A DNA stretch of 60,447 bases from a virus (Duplodnaviria > Caudoviricetes), in the IMG/VR virus record IMGVR_UViG_3300045282_000062, positions 1 through 60,447 of that record. The stretch is one strand, 5' to 3'. Below, in pieces: positions 1 through 9,403 of the stretch. The notes beneath the pieces are model-generated. The model ran no database searches, was not told where the DNA came from, and saw only the letters and a list, made by a program, of their open reading frames with translations. The position numbers and the translations under genes were made by a program. The stretch's first letter is position 1, and every line of letters starts with the position of its first letter.

Positions 1-127
1 TTTCGGCCGCAAATACGCCAGCCTGCGGCCAGATGGTAATTTGATGTAGAATACATTCCGGTCCACCCACATCACAATTCCAAAATTTTTTACGCTAAGT
101 CTTTCCTGCATCACGGTCAGGGCCATT
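1..127. repeat. Contig end overlap, identical to 60321-60447 (circular assembly)
   Basis: Exact 127-nt match; the polymerase frame continues across the join. Confidence 0.95.
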
Positions 128-471
128 TCCTGTAGGCTGTACCAAAAATTCACTATCCGGTCATTTGCTTCGCGCCAGGGGTTTACAATTTCCTGTTTTA
201 TGGCTTCAGCAGACAGGCCCAATTCTTTGCCCCCGGGCATTCGCAGGATGGCCCCACTGCTGCCCTGATAACCTAGCGCCAGTTCAGCTATTTTACCCCG
301 GCTGCGCCAAACGCTTTCCCTTGTCACTTCCTCAATTGGAACGTGAAACATTTTTGCCGCGCTGGCTTCATATATCTTTCCGCCGTTTTCAAATAGATCC
401 ATGCGCCACTTTTCTTTTGCATACCAGGCGATCACACGGGCTTCAATTTGGGCGAAGTCTGAACAAATCAG
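1..471. repeat. 471-bp exact direct repeat inside the polymerase (copy 1)
   Basis: Identical to 58907-59377. Confidence 0.93.
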
Positions 472-1617
472 GCATTTGCCCGGCCGCGAAATCAGGGCCG
501 TCCTGATCAGCTGTGACAGCACCATGGACACGGACCCGAATAGGAAGTCTATGCCATCCATATCACCGGCCTTTACAAGTTTGCGGGCGCTATCCAAATC
601 AGGCAGACTGTTTTTTACTAGGTTATGTGGCTGAAATCCACGGCCTGACCATCTGCCAGTGCGCGCAGCCCCGTGGAATTGAAACATACCGCGTATCCGG
701 TCATCAGGCCCGGCGATATTTGCCAGCGCTTTATATTTTGTTATTGAACTTTTAGAAATCTGCTGCCGGATTTCCAGCAGCCTGCGTACTGTAGGATCAT
801 GTGAATCATCAGTGAGCGCCAGGGCCACCGTTTCTTTTTTCAAATTTGGCATTGGCGCATCTTCGTTTTCCAGCCATGCCCGCATCTGCGCGCCAGATTT
901 AGGGTTTTTAATCCCTGAAATGTCACGGGCTTCCTGCATCAGCAGGGCATGATTGACCTGATCTAATTGAATGGCCCATTTGATCAGCACAGGATCTGAC
1001 AATATACCGGTGCCGTTTATTTTTTGGTCCAATACGTATAGCCGTTTTTCAATCGGCAGCACATCATAAAAACTGATTCGATAGGCTATTGCTTGTTCGC
1101 TTTTTACATCCCAAATGCAGTATCTTTTAAAAGCTTCCCATTCAGTAGGATAATGCCATGGCCGGTTACGAATGCGCCAGTTATTTTTTGCAGTGCCTTT
1201 ACAGGGCATCGTGAATAAGCGAATAAGCGCCTTACCTGCTTTGTCTTTCTGCGCATCTACCAGCAGGACCGCGCCAGCTTGTTCCAAAGACAATGGCAGC
1301 GATAACATGGCCGCTTTAACCATTGTGCAATCCCACTGATCGGCCAGCACAGACAGGCCAAAGCATTGATTTAGGCAGGTCCGTTCAAAAGCAGCATTCC
1401 ACGCTGTTTTCCGTATGGATCTGTCAGACAGCGCCGCCAGAATATCAGCCGGTAAATCCTGCATATCCGTAAAGTCTACTATTTCTATAGGGTTATCATC
1501 TACCTGGTAGGCCATCATCAATATTTCGAAATCATCAGACGCCACGTAATTATACATGCCGCATTTTTTCAGGTCTATGCTGCTGAATGTTTCGATATCG
1601 ATGGCTAGGGTTTTCAA
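1..1617 (-). CDS. polA: Family A phage DNA polymerase, N-terminal 539 codons; continues in frame at 60320..59982 (about 651 aa in total)
   Basis: Partial manual translation from TTG at 1617: MKTLAIDIETFS (exonuclease DxE), TGRWSGRGFQPHNL, motif A SDFAQIEAR, motif B RSRGKIAELALGY. Absent from the ORF track because it crosses the contig end. Confidence 0.93.
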   Translation of the reverse strand, partial: MKTLAIDIETFSSIDLKKCGMYNYVASDDFEILMMAYQVDDNPIEIVDFTDMQDLPADILAALSDRSIRKTAWNAAFERTCLNQCFGLSVLADQWDCTMVKAAMLSLPLSLEQAGAVLLVDAQKDKAGKALIRLFTMPCKGTAKNNWRIRNRPWHYPTEWEAFKRYCIWDVKSEQAIAYRISFYDVLPIEKRLYVLDQKINGTGILSDPVLIKWAIQLDQVNHALLMQEARDISGIKNPKSGAQMRAWLENEDAPMPNLKKETVALALTDDSHDPTVRRLLEIRQQISKSSITKYKALANIAGPDDRIRGMFQFHGAARTGRWSGRGFQPHNLVKNSLPDLDSARKLVKAGDMDGIDFLFGSVSMVLSQLIRTALISRPGKCLICSDFAQIEARVIAWYAKEKWRMDLFENGGKIYEASAAKMFHVPIEEVTRESVWRSRGKIAELALGYQGSSGAILRMPGGKELGLSAEAIKQEIVNPWREANDRIVNFWYSLQEMALTVMQERLSVKNFGIVMWVDRNVFYIKLPSGRRLAYLRPK

Positions 1618-1799
1618 AGTGTTTCGTATTTGGATTTAACCAGCGTTTTACGTTCGTATGATGTCAAATCCAGCCAGCAATCTTTACACACCTGCGGAAA
1701 TCCATCGCCATCTATTAGATCATCATTTTTATCGATGAAATACTGCCCGCATAATTCACATGCGCGGCCTTCAATCATATCATCTGCAATTTCGCCCAT
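1614..1799 (-). CDS. Small Zn-finger-like hypothetical protein
   Basis: CELC and CKDC pairs; stop overlaps the polymerase start. Confidence 0.65.
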   Translation of the reverse strand: MGEIADDMIEGRACELCGQYFIDKNDDLIDGDGFPQVCKDCWLDLTSYERKTLVKSKYETL

Positions 1800-1811
1800 G
1801 ATTAGTTTATT

Positions 1812-2144
1812 TTAAATATCAACATTTAAAGGTTTGTACCCTGGAAAAGCAGGTTTTTGCCGATTGTTTGCCTGTGTAATCCGGTCAGCCCACCGGCAAT
1901 TTGATTTTGAATAATTCCGGTTTACTTTGATCCTGTCTATTGTGTGTTTGAGCGTGGGCCTATCACCCATATCAGCTAAAAAATTTCGGAAATCATGCCA
2001 GCGCTTCATCACTTTGATACCCCGGGCGCCATACCATTTGTAACGGTTATTTGATTGATGATAACACCTACCCATCATAGCCCGCCAGCTGTTATATGTT
2101 GGTGTGCGCTTTCCTGCCTTCGCCTGTCCGTGATGTTTCGCCAT
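1812..2144 (-). CDS. HNH-type homing endonuclease-like protein
   Basis: YNSWRAMMGRC...YGARGI...IDRI...NYSKSNCRWA pattern typical of phage HNH proteins. Confidence 0.8.
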   Translation of the reverse strand: MAKHHGQAKAGKRTPTYNSWRAMMGRCYHQSNNRYKWYGARGIKVMKRWHDFRNFLADMGDRPTLKHTIDRIKVNRNYSKSNCRWADRITQANNRQKPAFPGYKPLNVDI

Positions 2145-2158
2145 ATTTGGTGGAAAAT

Positions 2159-2180
2159 GAAGGCGGTAAAAACCGCCTTC
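2159..2180 (-). terminator. Probable intrinsic terminator
   Basis: GAAGGCGGT-AAAA-ACCGCCTTC hairpin downstream of the SSB gene. Confidence 0.6.
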
Positions 2181-2218
2181 CGATTACTGGTTAACTCTGA
2201 AGTACCCCTGACAAAAAT

Positions 2219-2806
2219 TTAAAGATCATCATCCGGGCCTGCGTTTGTTACTGTAGGCGCATCGATATTTGCAAATGCAGTTCCTACATCCACCCGGCCA
2301 CTAAATGGCTTATCATCCTTAGTTTTCATAATGTGATTCAGCCCCACGCCAATGCCCTTTTTACCTTTATCATACGAAAAGAAAGATAAATTAACATAGC
2401 CCCACATGCCGCTGTAGACTTCAGACTGCCTGGTGATGGGTTCGCGTGCAGTATTAACTACATTCGGCTGATCTTTTGAAGTCGCGTTTAAAATCCAATA
2501 TCCGGCGTATTCAGGGATTATTTTTGGATCTTCCCCCATAGGCAAATCGCCATCCTTTAATGGGCTTTTCATTCCATTAGGTTTCACGCCGCCCCATGTT
2601 TTCACGATACCAATTTCAACTGCCGCTGCGATTGCTTTGCGTATCTGATCAACAATAGCAACGCTTTTTTTCGGAATCATAATAGCAGATGAAAATTTCA
2701 AATCAGGGGAATTTTTACTGCGTTTGGCTACAAATGCATGAAGGTGGGAAAATCTGATTTCACCAATTGTGATAACGTTTGTGCTTGTCATGTTTGTGTC
2801 TGTCAT
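2219..2806 (-). CDS. DUF2815-type ssDNA-binding protein
   Basis: RFSHLHAF, PLKDGD, VYSG, GIGVGLNHIMK motifs, acidic tail; next to the polymerase. Confidence 0.85.
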   Translation of the reverse strand: MTDTNMTSTNVITIGEIRFSHLHAFVAKRSKNSPDLKFSSAIMIPKKSVAIVDQIRKAIAAAVEIGIVKTWGGVKPNGMKSPLKDGDLPMGEDPKIIPEYAGYWILNATSKDQPNVVNTAREPITRQSEVYSGMWGYVNLSFFSYDKGKKGIGVGLNHIMKTKDDKPFSGRVDVGTAFANIDAPTVTNAGPDDDL

Positions 2807-4014
2807 AATTCATCGTTTTGAATGTTAGAAAATGCTTGTTTCGTTTTATCAAGTGAATTTAATTCCGGGCGCGGATCAGTGGCAGGCACAAGTACCGGCG
2901 CGCCGGCAGGTTTGACAATATGATTAAATAGCAGGGTATTTAAATCTTTTTTACCTACTAATTTTTCCAAATCACCAATGCCTTTTAGTTTTGTGTTATA
3001 GATTTCGGCAATTTTAAAATTGTTTTTCACCAAAATCTGCGCAGCTTCATCAGGAAACGGTATAACCCGATTTGCGCGGCCTTCCACTAATTTAAACCCG
3101 GGCCATTTTGTGCCTTTGTTTGCTTCAGCCAGCGCGTATTCCTTTACGGCATCTATCCAGTTAATGAATAGCGGCGCCATATCCAGCACCTTTGCTGTGT
3201 CTGCGGGCGTTAAATGATTAGGATCTATCAAATCTTCTTTTACCATGCTGACGTTTGCAAATGCCACTTTGGCCAGATCCATATTGAAATCTTTTAACGC
3301 TTTGCAATGCACTTTTGCTTTACAAAATCTGCAATGTTCACCAGGCTGGTAATCGCCTTTGCCGTTGAACGCCATCAGCGCCCGGGGCCGTAGTTCAGCG
3401 TCAGCCCACGCCTTCAGGTCATTCACTGAAATTTCAAAATGGGATGAAGGTGATGCACTGGAAATGCGCGGCTGATAGATGATGATTTCGACCATTTGAA
3501 TATCATATAAATGTTCAAAATCATTCAGCCAGCCTAATGCATAAATCATGGCCTGTTTATTTTGATTTGAATCTACTTTAACACCTTTCCCATACTTCAA
3601 ATCAATGATGGATAATTTAGGCTGTGACACTATACCTGCGTCACCTGTGCCCCACGCATCAGGAACGTATGCAGACACGTCCAGCTTCCGTTCCAAAAAT
3701 AGCCGTGCATCCGGTGTAGTGGCCCGGGCTGCATTAAAATGTTCAATCACGAATTCTGCATAATCCGTGCAATACCCCCACATTTCAGTGTTATAATGTT
3801 TGTTTGCTTCAATGGGTATCAATGCTGCTTTGAAATCACGGTCCAACATTTCACCCGTTTTATGCAAAATCATTAGTTCACCTAATTTGTGGGCCAATAC
3901 ACCTTCATCTGCAAATTCACTGCTGCTTTCAGGGTATTTTAATTCCTGACGTGCTGATGGCGTACAGGCCAGCCAGCGTGATGCAGATGAAGGTGATAAA
4001 ATGGCATGGGTCAT
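2803..4014 (-). CDS. DUF2800 Cas4-like PD-(D/E)xK exonuclease
   Basis: HAILSPSSASRWLAC, GTGD, IIDLKYGKG, HCRFCKAK. Confidence 0.88.
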   Translation of the reverse strand: MTHAILSPSSASRWLACTPSARQELKYPESSSEFADEGVLAHKLGELMILHKTGEMLDRDFKAALIPIEANKHYNTEMWGYCTDYAEFVIEHFNAARATTPDARLFLERKLDVSAYVPDAWGTGDAGIVSQPKLSIIDLKYGKGVKVDSNQNKQAMIYALGWLNDFEHLYDIQMVEIIIYQPRISSASPSSHFEISVNDLKAWADAELRPRALMAFNGKGDYQPGEHCRFCKAKVHCKALKDFNMDLAKVAFANVSMVKEDLIDPNHLTPADTAKVLDMAPLFINWIDAVKEYALAEANKGTKWPGFKLVEGRANRVIPFPDEAAQILVKNNFKIAEIYNTKLKGIGDLEKLVGKKDLNTLLFNHIVKPAGAPVLVPATDPRPELNSLDKTKQAFSNIQNDEL

Positions 4015-4412
4015 AGATCATCATTTGCGGCCGGCGCAACGGTTTCAGCCTTTTTGATTTTTTCCAGATCCGCCATGAATGCTTCAAATTTGGACGGATC
4101 TATTTCAGATGTTTTTGCAGCACCGTGGGCGATAATCAGGGCTTTTACTTCCGTGCGCAGTCCAGCTTCACTTTTCGCTGTGGCGGCTTTACGTACATCT
4201 TCCAAAGTGAATTTGGGGGCCGGTTTCACGCCATTTGAAGCGGCTATATCTGCCTGCGTTACCTGAACGGGGGCGGCTGCCGGTGCTGCTTTTTCTTTTT
4301 TGGGTTTGTCAGCCGCGGGCGCCTGATTAGCGCCGGCATTTGATACCAGGGCTTTCAGCCAATCCATGGTTTCGGGTGCTAGTCTGATGACATGATCTAC
4401 TTTGATTTCCAT
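4011..4412 (-). CDS. Hypothetical replication-module protein
   Basis: Ala/Pro/Lys-rich linker plus helical C-terminus; coupled to the DUF2800 gene. Confidence 0.7.
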   Translation of the reverse strand: MEIKVDHVIRLAPETMDWLKALVSNAGANQAPAADKPKKEKAAPAAAPVQVTQADIAASNGVKPAPKFTLEDVRKAATAKSEAGLRTEVKALIIAHGAAKTSEIDPSKFEAFMADLEKIKKAETVAPAANDDL

Positions 4413-4573
4413 TTTTTGATTTGATTTTTAACGTTTAATAATTGGGTTTGCGAATATAGATGTTTGGTTAGTACTTTTTCCGGGCGCAGGACATTCTGAA
4501 TGCGCCAGTTATACATGGTACGGATGGAAATGCCTAAGAATTTTGCAGCTGCTTTTTTATTGTAATATTTCAT
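4397..4573 (-). CDS. MerR/excisionase-like HTH protein (likely start 4573)
   Basis: KKAAAKFLGISIRTMYNW helix-turn-helix. Confidence 0.75.
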   Translation of the reverse strand: MKYYNKKAAAKFLGISIRTMYNWRIQNVLRPEKVLTKHLYSQTQLLNVKNQIKKWKSK

Positions 4574-4701
4574 GGGGCCGTAAATATAAGCGGCAACAAT
4601 AGGCAAATCCAAATAAATTTTAACATTGTGCAAAAGATTTTTTAAAAGCCCACACTTTTAGATAATTGTTATAGTTACCACACAGATAACGCCTATCTTA
4701 A

Positions 4702-4947
4702 TCAAATCCTGCCCTTACTGGCAGTTTTTAATATGTGGGCTTTTCCTAATTTACGCAGCCACCTATGTCTGAAAACCTGATGCATAGGATGGCCATGTGC
4801 ATCCGGGCTGATCACTTTATAAATAATGTATGGCAGGCCGCTGACATCACCAATTTTATGTAGTCTTTGCATCTGGCGTTCGTAATTGCCGGAAACAACT
4901 TCCAAACAAAATTTGCTTTGTTTTTCTATGTGTAATTCAAGTCTCAA
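4702..4947 (-). CDS. Hypothetical protein
   Basis: ORF in a coupled operon. Confidence 0.55.
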   Translation of the reverse strand: MRLELHIEKQSKFCLEVVSGNYERQMQRLHKIGDVSGLPYIIYKVISPDAHGHPMHQVFRHRWLRKLGKAHILKTASKGRI

Positions 4948-5168
4948 ACTTCCTGACTTAATATTTTTATGTCGAATAATTTGTAGGCATCGCGTATAGT
5001 GCCAGCGGCAGGATTATCCACAACATACTTAAAAAATAAAATGGCCACTTCCTGCGCATACATATCAGGTAAAAGATCAGCCACCTGCCCGGGTGTCATT
5101 TTGCCGGCTGTTAAATCAGGCTGCAATTTTTTACCGATAGCAAACATGATGCTTTGTTTTTTGGTCAT
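4944..5168 (-). CDS. Hypothetical protein
   Basis: 4-nt overlaps with both neighbours. Confidence 0.6.
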   Translation of the reverse strand: MTKKQSIMFAIGKKLQPDLTAGKMTPGQVADLLPDMYAQEVAILFFKYVVDNPAAGTIRDAYKLFDIKILSQEV

Positions 5169-5785
5169 ATCATTCGGCCAGCCATGGCCATTTTTTCAAT
5201 TTCAGTTAAATCCCATCCTACCAAAACGACAAAAATATTCCTGGTAATCCTTTCAAGCAGATACGGATCTGTAGGCGGCACCATTTTCCATTCATCCACT
5301 TCCCAAAGTATGTAATGTGTGGGCTTTACAATTTTCGGCATGTATTGTGGGGGCACCAAAGGCACAGGGGCTGTTAAATTCATTTTACGCCATACGTTTT
5401 TATCTTCCCATGCGAATGTGGGCATAGTGCCATCCGGTAAAATTACATCGCGTGCGCTATTTAACGAAAATCGCATATTAGAAAGTGCCATTTTATTATC
5501 CCTGTAATAAACGCCCCCGGATATATTACAATCGCAAAATACTTTTGTGGCGCCTACCTGTGCTATCGCTAACCGGGGCTTCGCAGGTTCAATGCATCCG
5601 GCTTTTGCAATTACTTTATTTATGTCAATTACTTTTTTGCCCTGCCTGACCTGATTATAAATATTTTTCAAATCTTTATAGATAGGTTGTTTTGACGTCC
5701 GGGCCGCTTTGCAGTATTCATGCCATAATTTGTTGGCGTCTTTCTGCGCTTCAGATACACTACAGTCTTTTATGATGTCTTTCAT
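5165..5785 (-). CDS. Hypothetical phage protein
   Basis: 206 aa, coupled ORF; C-terminal ILWEVDEW...DPYLL...WDLTEIE. Confidence 0.7.
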   Translation of the reverse strand: MKDIIKDCSVSEAQKDANKLWHEYCKAARTSKQPIYKDLKNIYNQVRQGKKVIDINKVIAKAGCIEPAKPRLAIAQVGATKVFCDCNISGGVYYRDNKMALSNMRFSLNSARDVILPDGTMPTFAWEDKNVWRKMNLTAPVPLVPPQYMPKIVKPTHYILWEVDEWKMVPPTDPYLLERITRNIFVVLVGWDLTEIEKMAMAGRMI

Positions 5786-6057
5786 TTCTGCGCCGGGTTT
5801 ATTGTTGGGTAAATACTATCTTTTGATTTGAAAGCAATCAGACGCAGATCGGACCCATCCAATGTGTAATAACGATTTCCGCGCCTGGTAATTGTGGGGA
5901 TGTGTTTCGTGGTTATCTGTCGGCCAAAGTCATTTCTATACGTCACATATTCCAAATTACGTATGGTATCACGGGGCGGCGGTCCTAAAATAAATCTTTC
6001 TGTCTGCGCCAGTGCGCCAGTGCAGATGAATATTGAAACTGCTAAAATGATTTTCAT
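5782..6057 (-). CDS. Exported protein
   Basis: Signal peptide MKIILAVSIFICTGALA-Q; DTI and DSI sequons. Confidence 0.65.
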   Translation of the reverse strand: MKIILAVSIFICTGALAQTERFILGPPPRDTIRNLEYVTYRNDFGRQITTKHIPTITRRGNRYYTLDGSDLRLIAFKSKDSIYPTINPAQK

Positions 6058-6296
6058 ATTCTTATAATTAATTCCTGAAGTTCATCTGCCGCAGCTGGCG
6101 CCAGATGGTCATCCAAAATTCCTATCAGCTTATTAAAGCGCTGGCATAGTTCACGATGATCTACCTGCATGTAGTTACTCACTATCTGTGAGTGAAAATT
6201 TACTTTCATGCATGCTATCCACCCCGCTTTATACGCCTGCGGATTTTCTTTAAATCCTTCCTGCATGGCCATTTGTTCTATTTCCACTTCAGTCAT
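6054..6296 (-). CDS. Hypothetical protein
   Basis: Coupled ORF. Confidence 0.55.
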   Translation of the reverse strand: MTEVEIEQMAMQEGFKENPQAYKAGWIACMKVNFHSQIVSNYMQVDHRELCQRFNKLIGILDDHLAPAAADELQELIIRI

Positions 6297-6393
6297 ATCG
6301 GAATGTATTTTAAAACAAAAATAATGGCAGCCACCAGCAGAAATATAAAAATTCCGGCCAGTGTCACATTTCCTATTTTGTCAATTATCTTTT

Positions 6394-6558
6394 TCACAAT
6401 ACGGGGTTAAATACTTTGTATCTGTGCAGCAGAATACTATACAATCTTTGCAGCCGTTTACGTTCATCATCGAATAGCACAGTGGCCCAATAACTACCGG
6501 CTAACTGCTTGCGGGTATCCAAACGGCTGTAGGCTTCAATGATTCTGTCTTTCAACAT
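6394..6558 (-). CDS. Small hypothetical protein (54 aa, MLKDRIIEAYSRL...)
   Basis: Manual translation; starts just after the operator at 6571. Confidence 0.55.
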   Translation of the reverse strand: MLKDRIIEAYSRLDTRKQLAGSYWATVLFDDERKRLQRLYSILLHRYKVFNPVL

Positions 6559-6570
6559 TAGTGCTGATTT

Positions 6571-6587
6571 AGTACTAAAGTAGTACT
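6571..6587. promoter_or_regulatory. AGTACT-N5-AGTACT operator-like site
   Basis: AGTACT-aaagt-AGTACT, intergenic, just upstream of a start codon. Confidence 0.7.
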
Positions 6588-6623
6588 AAATACAATTGCG
6601 CCAAAATTTATTTTTGAAAAAGA

Positions 6624-6649
6624 AAATCCGCTATGGAAATAGCGGATTT
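6624..6649 (-). terminator. Intrinsic terminator after the endolysin
   Basis: AAATCCGCTAT-GGAA-ATAGCGGATTT followed by a T-rich run on the minus strand. Confidence 0.75.
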
Positions 6650-6684
6650 ATATTTAATACCCTTTAAAACCAACATGAAAAAGA

Positions 6685-7173
6685 TCAGGCAAATCTAAGA
6701 AATCCTTTTATTTTCGGGCCAGGAAAATTACGGATTTTCTTAGCCACTTCAATCCCTTCCCTACTGCCAGTATCATTTGTGTTACCTTCAATGGTGTGAA
6801 TTCGCTGCCCTAAAATATCTACACTTTCTACTATACCTGTATGCCCCAATCCGCCACCTAAATCCATAATCATAATATCACCGGGTTTTACATTGCTAAT
6901 AGAATCAGGCTTTATTTTCCATGCCCCCGGCGTATTATTCCACACTGCCAGCACGCCAGCTGATTTGAATAGCGGATTTTCGACGCCTAACTGATGTGCA
7001 GCGTTATTGAAACACCAATACATGAATGCCATGCACCATGATCCTGGAAAATTCAGGCCCACTTCTTTTAAATAATCCTGCACAGGATGGCCCCAATTAC
7101 TGCCCAAGGGGTTTTCTTTTTGGCCTACCTGTCCCTGCGCGATTTCCAGCGCCCTGCTTACTGTATCTGTCAT
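6685..7173 (-). CDS. CHAP-domain endolysin
   Basis: SWCMAF catalytic Cys, GHTGIV His, TIEGNT. Confidence 0.88.
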   Translation of the reverse strand: MTDTVSRALEIAQGQVGQKENPLGSNWGHPVQDYLKEVGLNFPGSWCMAFMYWCFNNAAHQLGVENPLFKSAGVLAVWNNTPGAWKIKPDSISNVKPGDIMIMDLGGGLGHTGIVESVDILGQRIHTIEGNTNDTGSREGIEVAKKIRNFPGPKIKGFLRFA

Positions 7174-7181
7174 AGTGTTAT

Positions 7182-7856
7182 TTATTTACTGTGGGCCAAT
7201 TCATAGACTACTGCGGCCATCGCAATCACAACGCCGCCGGCAATCTTCAGAAAAGTACTTTGATTTTTTATTTTCTTATCAGCTTTTAAAATATCTTTTG
7301 TCAGCTGCTGCCCGTTCGCATGTTCAGCAGTTAGCAGTGAATCAGTTTTGCCTAGTAAAAGTACCTGCGCCACATAGGCGTCATTACCTTCCTGTATCTG
7401 TATTTTTTGGTATGATATAGTCGAATCTTTCATGGCCCGTTCAATGTCAATTCCATAGCGCAAAATGCTGTCCTGCTTTACGATTTCGCCGCAGTCTGCC
7501 AGCTGTAGATCCTTATCGCCTTGCCCTTTAGCTTCCTGATATTTCAGCGCCCAATATGCGCTATTGGCCTGCGCCGTCTTATTTTCTGCCGTTTGAATCA
7601 ATAGCTTAGTGGCTATGCTGTCCTGTTTTTTCTTCGCCAGGGCCGCAGCTGCGCTATCTATGCGCAGCCTATCTGCATCCTGCTTTTTAAGCGTTTGCAG
7701 GGCCTCATAGGCGCTGTCTAAACTATGTTGCTTTGTATTGTAATCGGGCGGCGTAGGGACCGGGCGCAGCATTAAATAGATAATCACCGCTATCAGCAGT
7801 GCAATCAAAACTTTCCACCAGTTTTGCCCTAGCCAGCTATCTTTAAATGGGGCCAT
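7182..7856 (-). CDS. Spanin-like membrane coiled-coil protein
   Basis: N- and C-terminal hydrophobic helices, coiled coil, six D-S-x sequons, next to the endolysin. Confidence 0.6.
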   Translation of the reverse strand: MAPFKDSWLGQNWWKVLIALLIAVIIYLMLRPVPTPPDYNTKQHSLDSAYEALQTLKKQDADRLRIDSAAAALAKKKQDSIATKLLIQTAENKTAQANSAYWALKYQEAKGQGDKDLQLADCGEIVKQDSILRYGIDIERAMKDSTISYQKIQIQEGNDAYVAQVLLLGKTDSLLTAEHANGQQLTKDILKADKKIKNQSTFLKIAGGVVIAMAAVVYELAHSK

Positions 7857-8239
7857 AGAAAAATAAATAAACAGTTTAAAATGATCAGTGCAGCGAAGGT
7901 TATCAGTTTCGGGGTCCAGAAATCTGTACCAAATATATTGCGCGTCTGCTTGTCCGTGGTACTTTTCGGGTCCAGTGTCTGATAGTTTATTGGCAGATGC
8001 CTGAACAAGTTAAGTGATATATCAAAAACCGCTTCCCGGATCAGGCACAGCAGCACAGCATATTCAATCAATGTAAACCAGTTATGCGAAAAAATGATGG
8101 CCAGAATGCCGCCTATGATGAAGTACACAAAAGTCCACCAGCCATGATAAATTGGCAGGTTGTCTTTTATCAGATGGGCATGCCAGCGCGCCATTGCTAT
8201 ATTTACGGCCAGTATGATCAGCTGATAGTAATATGTCAT
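7829..8239 (-). CDS. Multi-pass membrane protein
   Basis: About four hydrophobic segments. Confidence 0.7.
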   Translation of the reverse strand: MTYYYQLIILAVNIAMARWHAHLIKDNLPIYHGWWTFVYFIIGGILAIIFSHNWFTLIEYAVLLCLIREAVFDISLNLFRHLPINYQTLDPKSTTDKQTRNIFGTDFWTPKLITFAALIILNCLFIFLWPHLKIAG

Positions 8240-8655
8240 TTCTTTTTCTTTTGCGCGGGCTGCGGGGCAGCTTTAGGCTTTGCAGCTAAACTGTCATCTA
8301 CGTACCAATCAAATAACTGCTGGCCTATGATCGCATTTATTTTTCTGTAGAATTCTATTTGCCTGCGGGCTGAATCTGCGCTGATATTCTTTTTATGCAG
8401 CGGTAATTCTATTGAATTGTCAAACGCTTCATACATCCAGTATAGCTGATCGGGCGTAAATTTATAGGCGGCCACTTTTGGTTTAGGCGCTGATGCGGTC
8501 GCAATTGTGCCCCCACCTTCGCCCATGGGCAGTGAATCTGATAATTTTTTGGCCGTGGGCACCGAATCTTTCAGACTTTGTGATTTAATGACGGCTGGGC
8601 GGAATGCAGGCGCAGCAAACATGGCGCAAACGGCTAAAGACGCAATTAATTTCAT
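8236..8655 (-). CDS. Exported protein
   Basis: Signal-like N-terminus; DSV, DSL, DSA, DSL sequons. Confidence 0.65.
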   Translation of the reverse strand: MKLIASLAVCAMFAAPAFRPAVIKSQSLKDSVPTAKKLSDSLPMGEGGGTIATASAPKPKVAAYKFTPDQLYWMYEAFDNSIELPLHKKNISADSARRQIEFYRKINAIIGQQLFDWYVDDSLAAKPKAAPQPAQKKKK

Positions 8656-8915
8656 TCCATTAAAAGATTAATAGCAATAGTTACAGCCAGCCCAATACCA
8701 AACCAAATATAGTATGGCAGGTTTTTCGTGGGCTTCATGGGATGCACAATAGCATAGGAAAAAAGAAGTGATGCAAAAACTCCCAATAAAAGCCCATACG
8801 GCCTAAAGGGATGATGGGCATTTAGGTAATTAATGCCCCAATCCGTGGTTTCAAGTAAAACCAACTGGCCCACCAGTAAAAGTGCGCCAGCGAAAATCTG
8901 TAATACAGTTTTCAT
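8652..8915 (-). CDS. Small 3-TM membrane protein
   Basis: Three hydrophobic segments. Confidence 0.65.
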   Translation of the reverse strand: MKTVLQIFAGALLLVGQLVLLETTDWGINYLNAHHPFRPYGLLLGVFASLLFSYAIVHPMKPTKNLPYYIWFGIGLAVTIAINLLME

Positions 8916-9016
8916 TTGAAATTATGTTTATCAGCAGGGTCAGGCTTTGCAGTATAAATAAAATACAAGTTCATCAGCAAAGTCGCAAACGCTACAATGA
9001 GGATAATTTTTAACAT

Positions 9017-9033
9017 GGTACTAAATTAGTACT
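9017..9033. promoter_or_regulatory. Operator-like site GGTACT-N5-AGTACT
   Basis: Abuts the ATG of a 34-aa membrane ORF (9016..8912). Confidence 0.6.
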
Positions 9034-9052
9034 ATTTAAACACCCACCAAAA

Positions 9053-9376
9053 TTATTTTGGCGGCTGTGTGGGGGTTTGCGTTGTTTCACCTGGCGCGGG
9101 CACTGTGACTGTGGTACCAGCTGGCGGCGCAGGGGCCACAATGGTTTGGCTAGGCGTAAAGAAATTTTTACTTAAATAAACAAATGCAGCGATTAATGCC
9201 ACTTTGCCAATATCAGCCCAATGGATATTTGAAAAACTTCCGCCCGTGGTCCCTAGCGCAGAATAAAGGTAATCAGTAATTGCGCCGCCGATTGCCATAA
9301 TCAGCGCTTTTGATATGTCTTTGATATCAACTGAAAACTTTTTACTGGTGCTAACTGTAGTAATTTGGTCAGGCAT
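9053..9376 (-). CDS. Putative holin
   Basis: Two TM segments, IHWADIGK...YLSKNFFT, in the lysis cassette. Confidence 0.6.
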   Translation of the reverse strand: MPDQITTVSTSKKFSVDIKDISKALIMAIGGAITDYLYSALGTTGGSFSNIHWADIGKVALIAAFVYLSKNFFTPSQTIVAPAPPAGTTVTVPAPGETTQTPTQPPK

Positions 9377-9403
9377 AACTGTATTTTTTAGTGAGTAAAA
9401 TTT

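Noticed and set aside
165-755. Plus-strand ORFs 165..506, 401..634, 513..755 and their copies near 59071-59603
   Set aside because: Antisense shadows of the polymerase gene.
2198-4942. DarT-type TNTC avoidance or Shine-Dalgarno avoidance as the cause of GAG/CTC loss
   Set aside because: TTTC and TATC are abundant, and the depletion affects both strands.
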